The translations under genes were made by a program, and so were the position numbers. The notes under the pieces were generated by a model. It did not search any database, was not told the origin of the DNA, and was given only the letters and a program-made list of their open reading frames with translations. DNA of 61,848 nt, counting the filler, from Kipferlia bialata (lineage: Eukaryota): assembly GCA_003568945.1 (NCBI GenBank). It is 4 parts of 4 records of this genome, joined end to end, with 100 filler letters (N's around TTAATTAATTAA, not from the genome) between each part and the next. Parts side by side here need not be neighbours in the genome. Positions count along the whole stretch, not along the records: positions 21,960 to 43,817 come from BDIP01000314.1; positions 43,918 to 57,345 come from BDIP01000387.1; 2 more parts are not named here. The stretch is one strand, 5' to 3'. Each line of letters opens with the position of its first letter. Position 1 is the stretch's first letter. Below are positions 38,356 through 51,783 of the stretch, piece by piece.

Positions 38356-41300
38356 CTTCTGTTCGTGGCTCAGTCACAATGGGGATGAGCTTGTGTTTGT
38401 GGGGGTGCTGGGTACTATCCTGCTGTGTCTAAGGTGCGAATATAGTCTGAATATCATTACTTCACCCAGTCCCGCAGTATTGCTGTGACTTAGATCTCTC
38501 TCTCTCCCTCCTTCTTCTCTCTCTCTCTACCCAACTTACCCCAGTGCCGCAGCATCCCATCCACTTATGCACACACACACACTCTCTCTCTCTCTCTCTC
38601 TTTCTCTATATACCCTCACCCCAGTGCCGCAGCATATGCCGTGCACTATGCCGTGTTCAGAGACGTGCACCACATATTCATATGTGAGTGTATATATATC
38701 ATGTATATTGAGATGTTTATACTTGGCTAGTGTTGTTCAGAGACGTGCACCTCATATTCACAAGTAAGACGTGATCATCTGTGGCTAGAGGTATATTTGC
38801 AATATCCACCAGTCTCACTATCATAGTGTCTTGCTTTATACGACCTAGATATATGGAGCGTGACCACCAGACCCTCTCTTGTACTCTCTTTCCAGACCCC
38901 CTAATCTTCTCTTATGGCCCTAATATTGATGTCTCTTACACAGTCTAATCCCAGACCTCCTTGGGGATATTGGGTTCATGTTCTTCGAGATTCTGTGTGT
39001 CACCCTGCTCGTAGGTATACTGCACCTCATTATCTAGGACAAATATACATAGACACACATTTGCACTGTTGACCTGTAACTATGTGTGGGTGTTTGGCCA
39101 CTGGCTTCTTCTGAGACCCTTCTCATTCTCCAGAGGGTCTCCTGCGGCACAGGGAGAAGAAATCGACTCTGCGGAAGGTAATGGAATATCTCTCCTCAAA
39201 TGCATCCCCTCTGTCCCTACTCTACTAGCTTTCTTATCCAAGGTCCATTCCTACATCTCATAGAAGCAGTAGTTTATACGTTTGTCTGCCCTTCTTGGTT
39301 TGCTTTGCTGTAGAGTCGTGACGTAATACCACTCCGTTTACCTTTGACTGGATCTCTTATCAACCTCAATTGCACCCCACCATCTCCCTGTTCATGTTTG
39401 AGTATCCTCCTCCATATACTGTATATACTGTGTCATCTTTTAGTGTTGGACACTTTCCATTCCTCGCCCTGTCTCTCATCCTAGCTACACCCCACCATAT
39501 CCCTGTTCATGTTTGAGTTTGGGTCTGAACTGCTCACAATCATAGCCAGGATGGACAGGTGTGTATACCCTATATCACACTGCAGGCACTACTATGATAA
39601 AGTTCTTTCTTCAGGTTTTCAATACTATACATTATACAAACAGTATTGAGTATTACTTTTTAAGTACGACAGTTTTCATATCATAATTGATCTAAACTAC
39701 TAAATATCATAGCGAGGATGGACAGGTGTGTATACGTAGTGATTATGGATAGTTACTCTATTCAGATGTAGTATGTAGTATATGGATATGGATATGGATA
39801 CCCTGACAATCATAGCCAGGATGGACAGGTGTGTAAATGTAACCATTATGAATTCTATTAGTCTGCCTGAATAGATACACGTATAGTTCTGAATATGATT
39901 ATAGATATGAGACAGTCATTTCTAGGGTAAACATTTATATGTATATGGATATATATACTGAGTCTTTGACACCGTTCTTAATAGCTCAATGCTGTGCCGG
40001 TAGTCAAAGAGGATTTCTCTCGTGTAGTCTACAGTGTTGTCATTTTCTCCAAGTACATACATATACAGTCATTCACCTTTGTAAGGTAAGGTGACCTTAC
40101 CCCTTCTACCTCCAGGTCGTGCTCCCTGATGGCTGTCAAGAAGGGATTCACCCCCAAACAGTTTAAGGTATGGGCACAGATATGAAGATAGATATTTCTA
40201 TACAGGAATAGTGCAGATAGTATCATCTCACCTTCGCACCCCCACCCCAGGCAGCTCGTGTTCAGGCATCCCATTGCATAGAGTATCTACTTCACCCATG
40301 TAGCTCATTGTAGGGTACATATATTATTGACATCCATGTATACAGTTCTAATCCATAGGCAGCTCGTGTCCAGGCCTCCACTGCGAGGATCGAACTCAAC
40401 AGGAACCAGCTCAACCAGGTAACCGTGTACTACATATACTATCATAGTAACTATGATTCTGGAATACCAAAGTATTATATACCCTATATAGTCTCTGCAG
40501 TACAGGTTGGCCGAGTATGCCTCACAGTCAGATGCGACGTCTTCTTGCAGAGCACAGCCACCAGATAGAGGCACCATTAAGGTGTGAGTTACCACTATAT
40601 TATTACTAGGCCTACTAAGTATCTACACGATGCGTCTAGTCTAGACTCCAATCCTAGGAACCCCAACATGACTGAGCATGAGGAGTTCACAGACATGTTA
40701 CTGGCCCTGCATCATCTCAAGGAGGAGCTGAAGGCCAAGGCGAGTAACATCGAGAGTGTTATGGGAAGCTTTGACGGTTATGGTGGGGCACTAACTCTTG
40801 CCCTAGTAGGGAGGTGTAATTCGACTTGATACGTGGCCATCGTTGATACGAATATATAACTCTAACACTCAGGCCTCCTTCAGTGACGAGGAGTTGGCTG
40901 TGGTGTCGCAGCACTGCAGCAGGTATAAATACTCTATATTCTGTTAGAATACATAATACATGCATGTAACACAGCCCTGTATCCCTTCCTTCCTCACTAT
41001 AGTCTATCGAGTTCTGTTTCTGTAAGTGTGTATATACCTCTTGAGTTCCTGACACCAGAGTGTACCGCATGCTAGCTGAGCAGTGGGTGTTGCACTTGAG
41101 ACACATACAGACAGGTAACTATACACATACACAACCACACACATATATATATTCTCCATATGTGTGTATTTATGTACATAAACCGGTAGAGACTCCCTTC
41201 ACGGACTTAGTATTGAGATGAGACAACCACAACATGGTGTAGACTCTGTCCATGTTGCCATGTACTGACCCCAGAGAACCCGTACATGGTTAACTACGAA

Positions 41301-42491
41301 TACAGATACATACACCCATATGACATTTACATACTATATTCGTATGGGATGTATACATTGCGTGTTGTCTGATCCCAGAGTACCCGTACATGTTTGACTA
41401 TGCAATAAGGACCTCCCCGTTCAAGGTACGGGTACATCATGTAACATACATGGCTGAAGGTTCTCAACACTATATTCCCAGACACTACTGATATATTGGT
41501 GTCACCTATATTGCGTCAAGCCAACTAAGTAGGAGAGTGTAGCAGCATCTCTGACTCCTCATTGTGTAGCATGTATCACTAGTATATGCGATCTTCCTCA
41601 AACTGCCATACCAACCTACCCCATTCTGATGATTCCGAAATGTATTGTTTACAGTATATGAAATTGTCAAACTCTAGACGTGTCGCACTTCCCTCCCCGA
41701 GTCTGACACTGACATTGACCTGCATTCTTATGTATATGATATAGTAGATATATCCCTATATATCATATATACTTTTGTATATGTACTCACTCTAGACGAG
41801 CCACATCTGCCTCCCCCACTCTGACACTGACATGGACCTGTATATCTATATGTATAGGAATATGAATACTATACAGTGTATAACATACTTACTCTCTAGA
41901 CAAGCCACATCTGCCTGCCCCACTCTGACACTGACATGGACATGTATATCTATATATATATAATAGTAGATATATCCCTATATATCATATGTACATATTG
42001 TATATGTCTCACACTAGACAAGCCATATCTGCCTGCCCCACTCTGACACTGACATGGACCTGCACCAGAGGGTGGTGGAGAGGAGGATGGTCAGCGGGTC
42101 ATTAGGTATAGTGATAGTGTATATACATTGACATATATACATGTATACCCACAGCCCACATATATAGAACCTATACGATCTAAGTATACGCATACATCTG
42201 ACCCCCAGCCCACATCCAGCGGGAGAGGGAGAGGGTAGCAGCCTGGGAGAGACTGGGAGAGAGAAAGGCAGAGGAGCTCAGGTTCACACTCTATACTATA
42301 CACTACACGGTTGATGGTAAGTTCAACACGATAATCTCACTCCCAGGTGGCACCCCAATAGTATGTGGGCCAGTGATGTTGTGACCCCCACTCTACACGG
42401 TGACGCAGAGCCTAGTGTGTCGAGTACCAGTGTGGTGGAGGCTATTGACACTATAGGGTACTCGGATGTGGATACGTTCAATTCTGTGTGA
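38356..42491 (+). CDS. Two-TM protein resembling an uncharacterised family of anaerobic bacteria and methanogenic archaea; ~14 exons; 5' end unresolved
   Basis: Spliced AVHYAVFRDVHHIFIYLLGDIGFMFFEILCVTLLV..LLRHREKK...FEFGSELL...NPNMTEHEEFTDMLLALHHLKEEL...VYRMLAEQWVLHLRHIQTEYPYMFDYAIRTSPF, then a lineage-specific tail to TGA at 42489-42491. The family was recognised from recalled motifs, not from a search. Confidence 0.65.
41675..42062 (+). repeat. Intronic acceptor-side exon-echo array (4 copies)
   Basis: TAG-ACAAGCCAYATCTGCCTGCCCCACTCTGACACTGACATGGACC variants at 41675, 41793, 41897 and 42015 (real). Confidence 0.9.
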
Positions 42492-43664
42492 TAGGCAACA
42501 CTATGGGAAAAGTCGACGGGGGATATAGAGTATAGTAGTGTGAGTGGCGATTTATCCATGTAAGTGTCTGGAGTAAATTATCATGAGATAGTCTTCTGAA
42601 AGTCAAGCAATAATCGTGGATTTTCAAGCGACCTCACACTCTTGACACTCGTCGTGTTATGGGGCGACATCCATAGACCTGGTATAGCATGTCACATCAT
42701 GTGACATGCTAAGCAAGTGGGTCACGGGTGGCCCTCTCTGTCACGGGCAGCGTTGACGTCACCTCGGGTATTACGTACATTGTAGCCGTGTACAAGGTGC
42801 TCAGTATGGTTGGCAACGTCACGTACTCAGCATCTATCTATACAAGTAGTGTCGGTGGTTTGGGACATGTTCCTTTGTTCACACGGTAATTTTCGAGGCT
42901 CAATAGAAATCGAGCAGTAACACCAACTGGTCCTACTGTTCTGATTCCCAACGTGCGCCATATTGGGACCCCAGTCGGTGGTGGCAGCACCGGAGACCCT
43001 TGACCGAAGGGCCTTGAGACTCAAGGCTTGAGTACTCAAAGCCTCTGTCAATCTCAGCTATCTATGCCATACCCAATGGGTATGATACCCATACTCTCTG
43101 CTACAAGACGCATAGTGTCAAGAGAAACCCAACTCTTACTTGCTGAGTGTACTCAAGTCTATATCAAGTCTTTGGTGTCTCCAGCAGTTAGTGGACTAGT
43201 CCGAAACTATAATGTGAAATTTAGTAATCAACTCCCATCACAACATCTACTGTCCAATATACTTAGCAGACAGTCTCGCTACGAACACCCCATCCACTTG
43301 TGCTATGATATAGACTGCCTTCTCTTCACAGCGTATGATGACCTGTGCTACGACCTTACTCCCCGACGGAGAGTCCCCGTAGGAAGGTGCCACAGTTGTC
43401 CAGTTTTCCCCTTGTGGATGAGTGATTACCATCAGCAATGCCAGCACTCCTGGCAGGAGTCCTGCCGCAGGAGGCTCCTGTGCCTATAAGCATTCAACTG
43501 ATTGACAACGTCGCCGTACACTGATTGATGCCGATGCAGATATCTCTGTTTGTAAGTGCCATTACATAGAATATGAGTGACAACATATAACTGCTACATA
43601 CCGTGTGTGATGTTGTGTGACCTCGAACACATGCTGAAGGGCACCCCTCAGAGAGGGGCTTAAC

Positions 43665-43776
43665 TAGGGTGGGCATGCGACTTAGTCGGCCGACGTGCGA
43701 CGGCCGACAAGTCGCATATGCGTCGCATGATTATCCACCCTGCGACTTAGCGACTATTTTTTACCCTGCACCCCTG
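43665..43776. repeat. Inverted-repeat element; possible DNA-transposon end or MITE
   Basis: TGCGACTTAGTCGGCCG...CGGCCGACAAGTCGCA hairpin nested inside AGGGTGG...CCACCCT, with a repeated GCGACT motif, near the contig end. Confidence 0.4.
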
Positions 43777-43817
43777 ATGTATGCCCCTGAACCCCTTACT
43801 TGCATTGCTAAACCCTC

Positions 43818-43917
43818 NNNNNNNNNNNNNNNNNNNNNNNNNNNNNNNNNNNNNNNNNNNNTTAATTAATTAANNNNNNNNNNNNNNNNNNNNNNNNNNN
43901 NNNNNNNNNNNNNNNNN
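43818..43917. other. Artificial contig linker (N44-TTAATTAATTAA-N44)
   Basis: Same 100-bp structure as the other two linkers. Confidence 0.95.
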
Positions 43918-44291
43918 TCACCCCCTCATACAGATGGTCAACTTGTGGGATCCCCCCCCGCACCCCTCCCCCCTTCCCAACTCACCATATTGCCAGTATA
44001 TACCTCCTCTATCTCGTTTACTATATATATATATATATATATGCAAAGGTCTCTGTGTATTCCACACATATACGTATATATCAGTATTGTATTGTCGGCT
44101 ATGCATGTGTGACAATCTGAATCACACAGACTGTATGTATATACCTGAATGTCTGCTTGATTCTCTCACTCTCAGTCTGAGAGTCTCAGATGGGTGCAAG
44201 AGTCTCCATATTGCTCTTCCTTACCTATAGCCTTCATTTCTATTTGTATTGCCCCAGTCACTATATATCTGAATGTTAATTCTAACCCTCA

Positions 44292-47200
44292 GATGGGTGC
44301 AAGAGGAGTGGGACTTGAGCCTCGCGGTTATCTGCGCATTGGGGCTCCAGTGAGAGTAGTCAAGGGTGGGTATATCAAATCATTGTTATGTATCAGACAT
44401 TCTTCTATATGCCTATATTACTTTAATATATAGGCCTCTATATACACAGTGATACTACTTCTTTAGAATGGTGTTACAGTAGTGTTATTCACTGCTCTGA
44501 TACACCAACAGCACTATCCATCAGTTAGTGTATCTTATGACCAGGTGTCAATAGAAACGACCTGGGAGTGCTAGTTGGATCACACAAGACTGACAAGAGT
44601 CGCGTCGATGTCAAGGTACCTTGCTCCATACTAGATCGGTAATGACTGTCCCATTATATTATATTATATACTAAGTATATAGTATGGATATTAGTGTTCA
44701 GTCGCGTCAAGGTCAAGGTACCTTCCAAATAGGGCTTCAAACAAATATATATGACTTACACTCCATACTATCTCCATGAGATAATGATGAGATGATCTCA
44801 TCATCAGTGGTACGGGACCGGTACTGTTAAGGACGTTCCCGCCTCCTGTCTGGAGTATATCAACATGGTTGTGGTGGACGCGGAGCAGAGGAAGAGGGAT
44901 GAGAGAGAGAGGATGGACAGACAGATTCTGGAGAGCGAGATTATGAAGAGAGAGAGAGTGGGGAGAGAGAGACAGACGCTGGCCGATGCTGACTGGAAGA
45001 GAGAGCAGGCATCGATTGTTGATGCTCTACAGAGTGAGGTAGAGTCTCTGAAGAGTGAGGTTGCCTCTCTCAAGGCCGAGAGGCAGAGCAGCACTGCCTC
45101 CTCTTCTCTCTCCTCCTTCTCCCCCTCTGCCCTAGAGGGAGTGCAGACACTGACAAAGAGGGCAAGGGTGTTTGACAGCGTGGCACTCTCAGGTGCTGTC
45201 GAGAACCTCGAGGTGGGTATATATATATATTAATATATACACTAACTAAAAATGAATATCCATAGCGTAAGTGGTATATACAAATATTCATATGTATATA
45301 TATATGTATGTATATGAAGAGTTTATAGTAAATATATGCATATATGTATTGATATATATGTATCCTGGATACTCTACGTACATATATGTGTGTGAGTGTG
45401 TGATAGTGAGTATACTCACCCTAGACGTACCTCCCCCTTGTTCAGGGGATAACAGCCCAGGCAGAGAAGCTGAGAGAGTTCATCAAGGAGAACAAGAGGA
45501 GCGAGGTATATATACGGTATTCAATGACAATTCATCCACTCAATCCCCCCCGGCTCACACCTACTTCTATATATACTTATATCACTCTCCTATGCCATAC
45601 TACCTTCTCCCCATGTGATATACATCTCACCCCCAGCTGGTCCCTAAGGAGTGCTCCACCCTCTCTGCCTCTCTAGCCAAGATGCACTCTGCCTACCACA
45701 CCAGTCTGGCCTCTCTCACTGCCGTGGACTTCAAGCCAGAGGATGCAATGGAGATAGTGAGGTATTGCATGTGTTATACTGCTGCGCTGAGACTGATTGT
45801 GTTATACTGTATACATATATACGTGTCATACTCCTCTCACCCCAGGTCCGCAATCACTCTCCTCTCCGCCCTCTCCTCTGTCAGACTGGTCCCCCTGCCC
45901 CAGGACACTGCACACCTCACACTACTAGAGACACGCAAGTACATTCAGGTGAGGGTAGTTCTAGAGATGTTGCGTGCACTCTCTCTCTCTATTTAACAGC
46001 GGGTTAGTTCATTGCCAAACTGTTCACTGACCTTAGGGAGACAATTATAACATATATATACATTTACATTTACCATCATATTCATACTTTAAGTATGAAT
46101 CATACTTAACCCTAGGTTGAGCAGTTCAACCAGGCTGTCAGAGAGCTGGTGGAACTAGTGGGACCCATCATCGACATACAGGTACTTTATGTGTGCTACG
46201 TACGTATATTCTATTCCTGTGTTATTGTCTCATACTTGCCATCGGATACTCTTCTATTGTCTGATGAGTAATACTGCTGTTTGTATACATTGTATTGACT
46301 ACAGGCCACCATGGAGCAGTACATGAAGGACCTAGAGTGTCTAGAGACACCAGACACTGAGGTATGTAGGGAGTCATGAAACACTATTACAACTGGATAT
46401 ATATATAGCTTTGGGTATTACCCAATGACAAGTTCTTTAAATAGTATATCTATCTATATCTAGAGACACCAGACACTGAGGTATACACCAACTGATGAAT
46501 CAGTATACTATATATGGGCCTACGTACTTGTAATCATAGCCACTATATACAATACTCAATGTGGCTAGAGGGTCTAGAGGGTCTAGAGACACCAGACACT
46601 GAGGTATGAGGGATCAATCACTAGTATATACAGTATATACATACATTCATTATGCTTAATATATACTGTGTACCCATGGCCGTAACGCCCAGTCCCTCCC
46701 TGCCATTGACCAGGAGTGTGCTACCATTGTATACTCAGTATACATACACAATACTCACAGTTAACACTACCAACACATATTTAACCCTAGGCTCTGACAG
46801 CCCTTGACCAGGAGTGCGTCACTCTGCTAGACACCTATATATATACTCTATATATAGTGTATAGCGTTTAGGGTATTTGTAACCCTAGGCTCTGACAGCC
46901 CTTGACCAGGAGTGCGTCACTCTACTAGACACTCTGAACAGTCTAGCCAAGGACCAAGCTGAGGCAGAGACACTGCTAGAGCTGTGGGAGCAGGTGTGTG
47001 GTAAGTACAAGGCAGTGTCTTTAAGGCACAGATACTATATACTATATTTGTATGATCTGACTAACTTATGTGTCCACTACACTGTACTTGATGTAGTGTA
47101 TAACTAACACCAACTGGGTGTCACCCAGACCCCCAATGTGACTCAGGCCCAGGCTGATGATGAGGAGTGTATACTATGTATACTATGTATACTATGTACA

Positions 47201-48386
47201 CTGTATGCACTATATATGTTAAGCAGATGTACTGTACCTAATAATACTTACCCCCCAGACACCCCATGTGACTCAGGCCCAGGCTGATGATGAGCAGTGT
47301 GAGGTGGAGGTGCTGCAGTTCAGGCATGATTATCTATATATATATGATTATATATATACGTATTCTATATATATAGATATGCATAAGTACATCCAGGCTG
47401 ATGACGAGCAGTGTGAGGTAGAGGTGCTGCAGTTCAGGTATGAATACACATATATTAATATACATAGACAGTAGTATACATTGTATACATATACAGTAGT
47501 ATGTATATATGACATATGTACTAATGCGGGAGCAGTGTGAGGTGGAGGTGCTGCAGTTCAGGTAGGAGAGTATACCAACATACATATATACATATACAGT
47601 AGTATATATATTAATGCCATATATACTATAATGCGGGAGCAGTGTGAGATGGAGGTGCTGCAGTTCAGGTATATAGTTATGTATGTGTGTACATATTATA
47701 TGTACTACAAATACATACACACAGTAGTGTGTTAATTGTCATCATGTATACTATAATGCGGGTAGGAGTGTGAGGTGGAGGTGCTGTAGTTCAGGTATAT
47801 ATACAATAGTATATGTGTGTGACATGTATACCATTAGGTTAGGAGTGTGAGGTGGAGGTGCTGCAGTTCAGATATGAGAATACATATATATATATATATA
47901 TATACATAATGACACACTCTGTAGAGACTCTCCCCCTATTGATATTTCAACGTATGTATGGCTTCCCACTTTCTCTACCAACTCCCAGGCTCAAGAAGAT
48001 GAAGTCCAAGCCAGCCGAGGAGAGAGCACCCATTGAGGCTGAGATAGCCACACGTCAACAGACCCTGGCCTCTATGCAGCACAGTATCCAAGAGAGGGCT
48101 ACGCTCACTAGGGAGCTGGCACCATACACACACCTACCCAAGGTATATGTACTATATATGTAATACCATGTATATTTACATGTCACACACCTGCCCAAGT
48201 TACGTATAGTATATATAGTATATATAATATAATAATATATATATGATATCGCTATTCTTAGGACACCATGCACTAATCCAATAGGTTGCCCAGGCCCTCG
48301 GCCAGCCCCAGACCCCACTCGAGACAGCCCTGCAGAACCAGGCTGTGAGGGGGGTGGGCATGATGGTCAAGAAGCCAGTGTGCTAG
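44292..48386 (+). CDS. Lineage-specific coiled-coil protein with short SH3-like N-terminal beta region, multi-exon; start uncertain
   Basis: Exons YLRIGAPVRVVK / GVNRNDLGVLVG...VDVK / WYGTG, heptad text IVDALQSEVESLKSEVASLKAER, LTALDQECVTLLDTL, ending GVGMMVKKPVC*. Confidence 0.6.
47126..47872 (+). repeat. Intronic exon-echo array (about 7 copies)
   Basis: GAGCAGTGTGAGGTGGAGGTGCTGCAGTTCAGG variants at ~47292, 47406, 47530, 47637, 47765 and 47842, plus an acceptor-side echo at 47126. Confidence 0.9.
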
Positions 48387-48776
48387 AGAGGTAGAGAGAT
48401 GTAAGGGTGAGACTCTCAGCCTGAGACGTACTCAGAAAGTGTATATTTGTGAGGTGTGATGCTAGGGGATGCATAGGCAGTGAGGGTAGTAAGATACTAT
48501 CAGTGTGTTACAGACAGCATCAAGACATACATCTATGAGTGCAGAGGTACACTAAGCACATGCTTCTAGTGTCACTAGAAACTCAAGTGGGTCTCCATAG
48601 TGAAGAAGAATAGATCACTAAGTCTTCACAATTATGAAAACCATCTCCAGTTTAGCGGGTTGACATTGATATTACGTGTCTGACTCTCTAATAGTTAGAG
48701 TGGGTGAGATGACCTCTGATTTGTGGGTTTGGAACGACAACTGCTACACCCTTTCTTCTCACACTCAAAAACATCA

Positions 48777-51700
48777 ATGTCTGACCCAGAGCTGTCTCTT
48801 TACACCAGGTATGTGTCTGAAATATACATTAACATATGCATAATTGTGAATAGTAGCATTCCTATTGTGTTATGTGTTGCTATATTGTGTAAGAGTATAG
48901 GTGAAGAGAGAGGCGTCATAAATGAGTAAGAGGATGAGTCTTCTGTACAAATGTCTGCTTCACACCTCCTTGCATATGCTGCGTGCATCTGGTTTAGCGT
49001 ACATCTCTCTCTCTCTCTCTCGTAGATATGTTTGTGAGGAGGGGTGGTTGTTCACGCTCTTTCCTTGTATAATGCATAGCATATGTGACATGTTCAATGT
49101 GTATATTGGTACCATTGACACTGTTCTTGTGCTCAGATGTTGAGTCTCTATACATGTATGTCTTTGTCAGTAGTACCGTTACCGTATTAAATAGGTGTAC
49201 ATACTTGTATATCTCTACATTGTTCAGTCCCACACTGAGTATGTGTGTGTTTTCTCCCTTTTTCTCTTGCTTCACCCCCCCCCCCCCCCCCCCCCTCTCT
49301 TCCCCTCATATACTCTCTCTCTCTCTCTCTCTCCCTTATACCCCAGCCCCCCGGTGCCCCCCTCAGTCCCCCCTCCAGTAGTGTGTCCACCCTGGTGTCT
49401 GATGTTGGAGACATGCTCCCCTCCACACTAAGGGTGTCCTCCCTGGCTGTGGTGGGTGACCACTCCTCAGACATAGCATCTGCCCTATGTGCCTGTGGGA
49501 GGTATAGACCAGAGACAGAGGGGGATGGAGACTACCACTTCAGTGATGCGGATGTTCCCATCCCCGACCACTCTCCCTGCCCTGTCTCCATGGGTAGTAT
49601 AGGGTGTGTACCAACACAGGGTATGCAGGTGGACCTAGTGCTCATAGCCAACACCCTGGACACACATCCAGAGTGGAGGGGGGCGTTACGTGCACTGTCT
49701 CATACCCTGACCCCTGGTGGGTGGATGGTGGTGAGGGGGAGAGAGAGGGCTGGGTGTGAGCGGCAGAGTGTGCTTAGGGAGCTGACACGTCTTGGATACC
49801 CTGACCTGTCAGATGGCAAAGGGGGTAGGGGGTGTGGACACTGGGCAGTGCTGGAGGGGGAGACCCTCTCTCTCCCTGGGTTTGGCGATGCATGCTTCTC
49901 AGCCATGCCCTCCCTGCACACTGCACCCAACCAGGTGTACTACATAGCAGTGCACAAGCCAGAGACAGCTGTCACACCCACGCAACAGAGTACTAAAGGA
50001 GTGGAGAGTGACACTCTGGGACTGGCTGCTGCACTAGATGTGCTGGTGCAGGAGAGGGACATCAGATGTAACCCCCTCAGCTATTTTGCATCCACCTCTA
50101 GGTCGGTAGAGGTGTACTGTGCACCCACTAATATGCCTATGGTACAGGGTCACGCTGACGTGCATGGGGTGGAGAGTATAGTGGTCAGGGACATATCATG
50201 CCCAGAACAGAGGGAGAGAGAGAGACCCTCTGATGGTCTGGGTGTCCCTGCCCTTGTACTCTTGCAAGGTGTATCCAGTGAGGATGCTACCTCCTGTCTC
50301 CTATCCGTAGCCCCCCACACCCCTATGCTACTGGTGTCCAGTGCCTCCCCCCTCCCCCCCTCCACCCATGCCTCCCTGTTGACCTGTGGCATGGTGTGCA
50401 TAGACATGGCAGACAGACTGGGTTGGTGTGCAGCACTGTACTACAGGCCACAGACAGCTGACAAGGACAGAGAGAGGGCACACTTCAGAGCCATGAGGCA
50501 GACCAAGGACTGGGCCAGGATATCAGGTGGGGGGTCTGGCACATTATATGAAGTGGTATGATTGTATTCTCACACACACACACGGTCTCTCCCCTCTCAT
50601 CTTAGGCTATGTGCTGGGCGTGGCCTCTGGCAAGGGCGGCCCCCTGAGCCCCAAGGCCAAGGAGGAGTTCAACACTCTCTGTGAGACAGCACCTGATGTG
50701 GACGTGTATAGGTTCCTGCAGAGCCATGTACCCCCAGGCACGGGGGTCGCCAATGGGGAGAGGGAGAGGCTATACGCAGTGAACAGGGCTAAGAAGAGGG
50801 CGAGGGAGATTGCCGGTCTGCTGGAGAGAGGTGAGGTTGGGGTGAGGGTGCAGCCCAAGGCCATCCTGGATCTGTGCTGTGGGGATGGGAGTATAGCGGC
50901 TAGTCTGGCTAGAGAGTACAGGATACCCCCCTGTGCCGTGGTGGGTGTGGACATCAGAGAGCCCGAGGACAGGCACGGGACTGTGTTTGTGCAGCACAAC
51001 ATAGACAATGGTGCACTGGACCCAGGGGCCTATGCAGACCTCGCAGTGTGTATGCAGGTGGGTATCAATATATCTCTAGTATGTATGCATCACACCCTCC
51101 CTCACCCCCAGGCCCTGCACCACGTGTCTGCCCTAGACCATGCCCTCTCCACTCTATACAACTCCCTGCGGCCTGGGGGTGTGTGTCTGATCAAGGACGT
51201 CGAGGCAGCCACCCCCTCAGACCGTGCCCAGCTGGACATGCAGCACGGGGTGTACTCGTGTGTGGGTGACCCCCCCGAGATGTCTCCCGAGGACTTCACC
51301 TCCCAGTTTGTCATGTACTTCAGAGGCCCCAAGGAGGTGGAAGGGGTGGCCAGGGAGGTGGGGTTCGAGATCACATACTCGGCACCTGCTGGAGACAGAG
51401 GTATAGGCTCTAACTACTGGCTGGTGCTGAGGAAGCCAGGGGGTGACAGGTCGCAGGATAGAGTGAAGAGCAAGGTGAGGGTTGTGCTCAGAAGTGAGAA
51501 GGAGAGACACGGCTGGGACAGGAACAACTGGCGTGATAGAGATGGAGGTGACAGGGACTATAGGGGTGATAGGGGTGAGGGACAGGGTAGGTACAGTAGG
51601 GGCAAGCGGTCCTTTGGGAAGAGGAGAGGGGGGTACAGCCCAGACAGGTGGAGAGAGAGTGACAGAGATTCCGACAGAGACGGATACAGGCGGTATGGCA

Positions 51701-51783
51701 GAGACCGGTCCCCCTCCCCCAAGAGTAGAACAGGACATAGGGGAAGGGGGAGAGGCAGGGGGAGGGGGAGTGACCGATATTAA
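48777..51783 (+). CDS. Class I SAM-dependent methyltransferase with degenerate N-terminal MTase-like region and RS/RG-rich C-tail
   Basis: Motif I ILDLCCGDG, VVGVDI, DLAVCMQALHHV, LYNSLRPGGVCLIKD. Upstream relic LSHTLTPGGWMVV. Tail RDRDGGDRDYRG...RGRGRGRG. Early exons are uncertain. Confidence 0.75.

Noticed and set aside
43028..43489. 153-aa ORF as possible transposase fragment
   Set aside because: No recognisable motif, non-ATG start and no coding-like composition.
47126..47872. Repeat-spacer arrays resembling CRISPR
   Set aside because: The repeats are copies of host exon edges and differ at each locus. Spacers are low-complexity and variable in length, there are no cas genes, and the context is eukaryotic.
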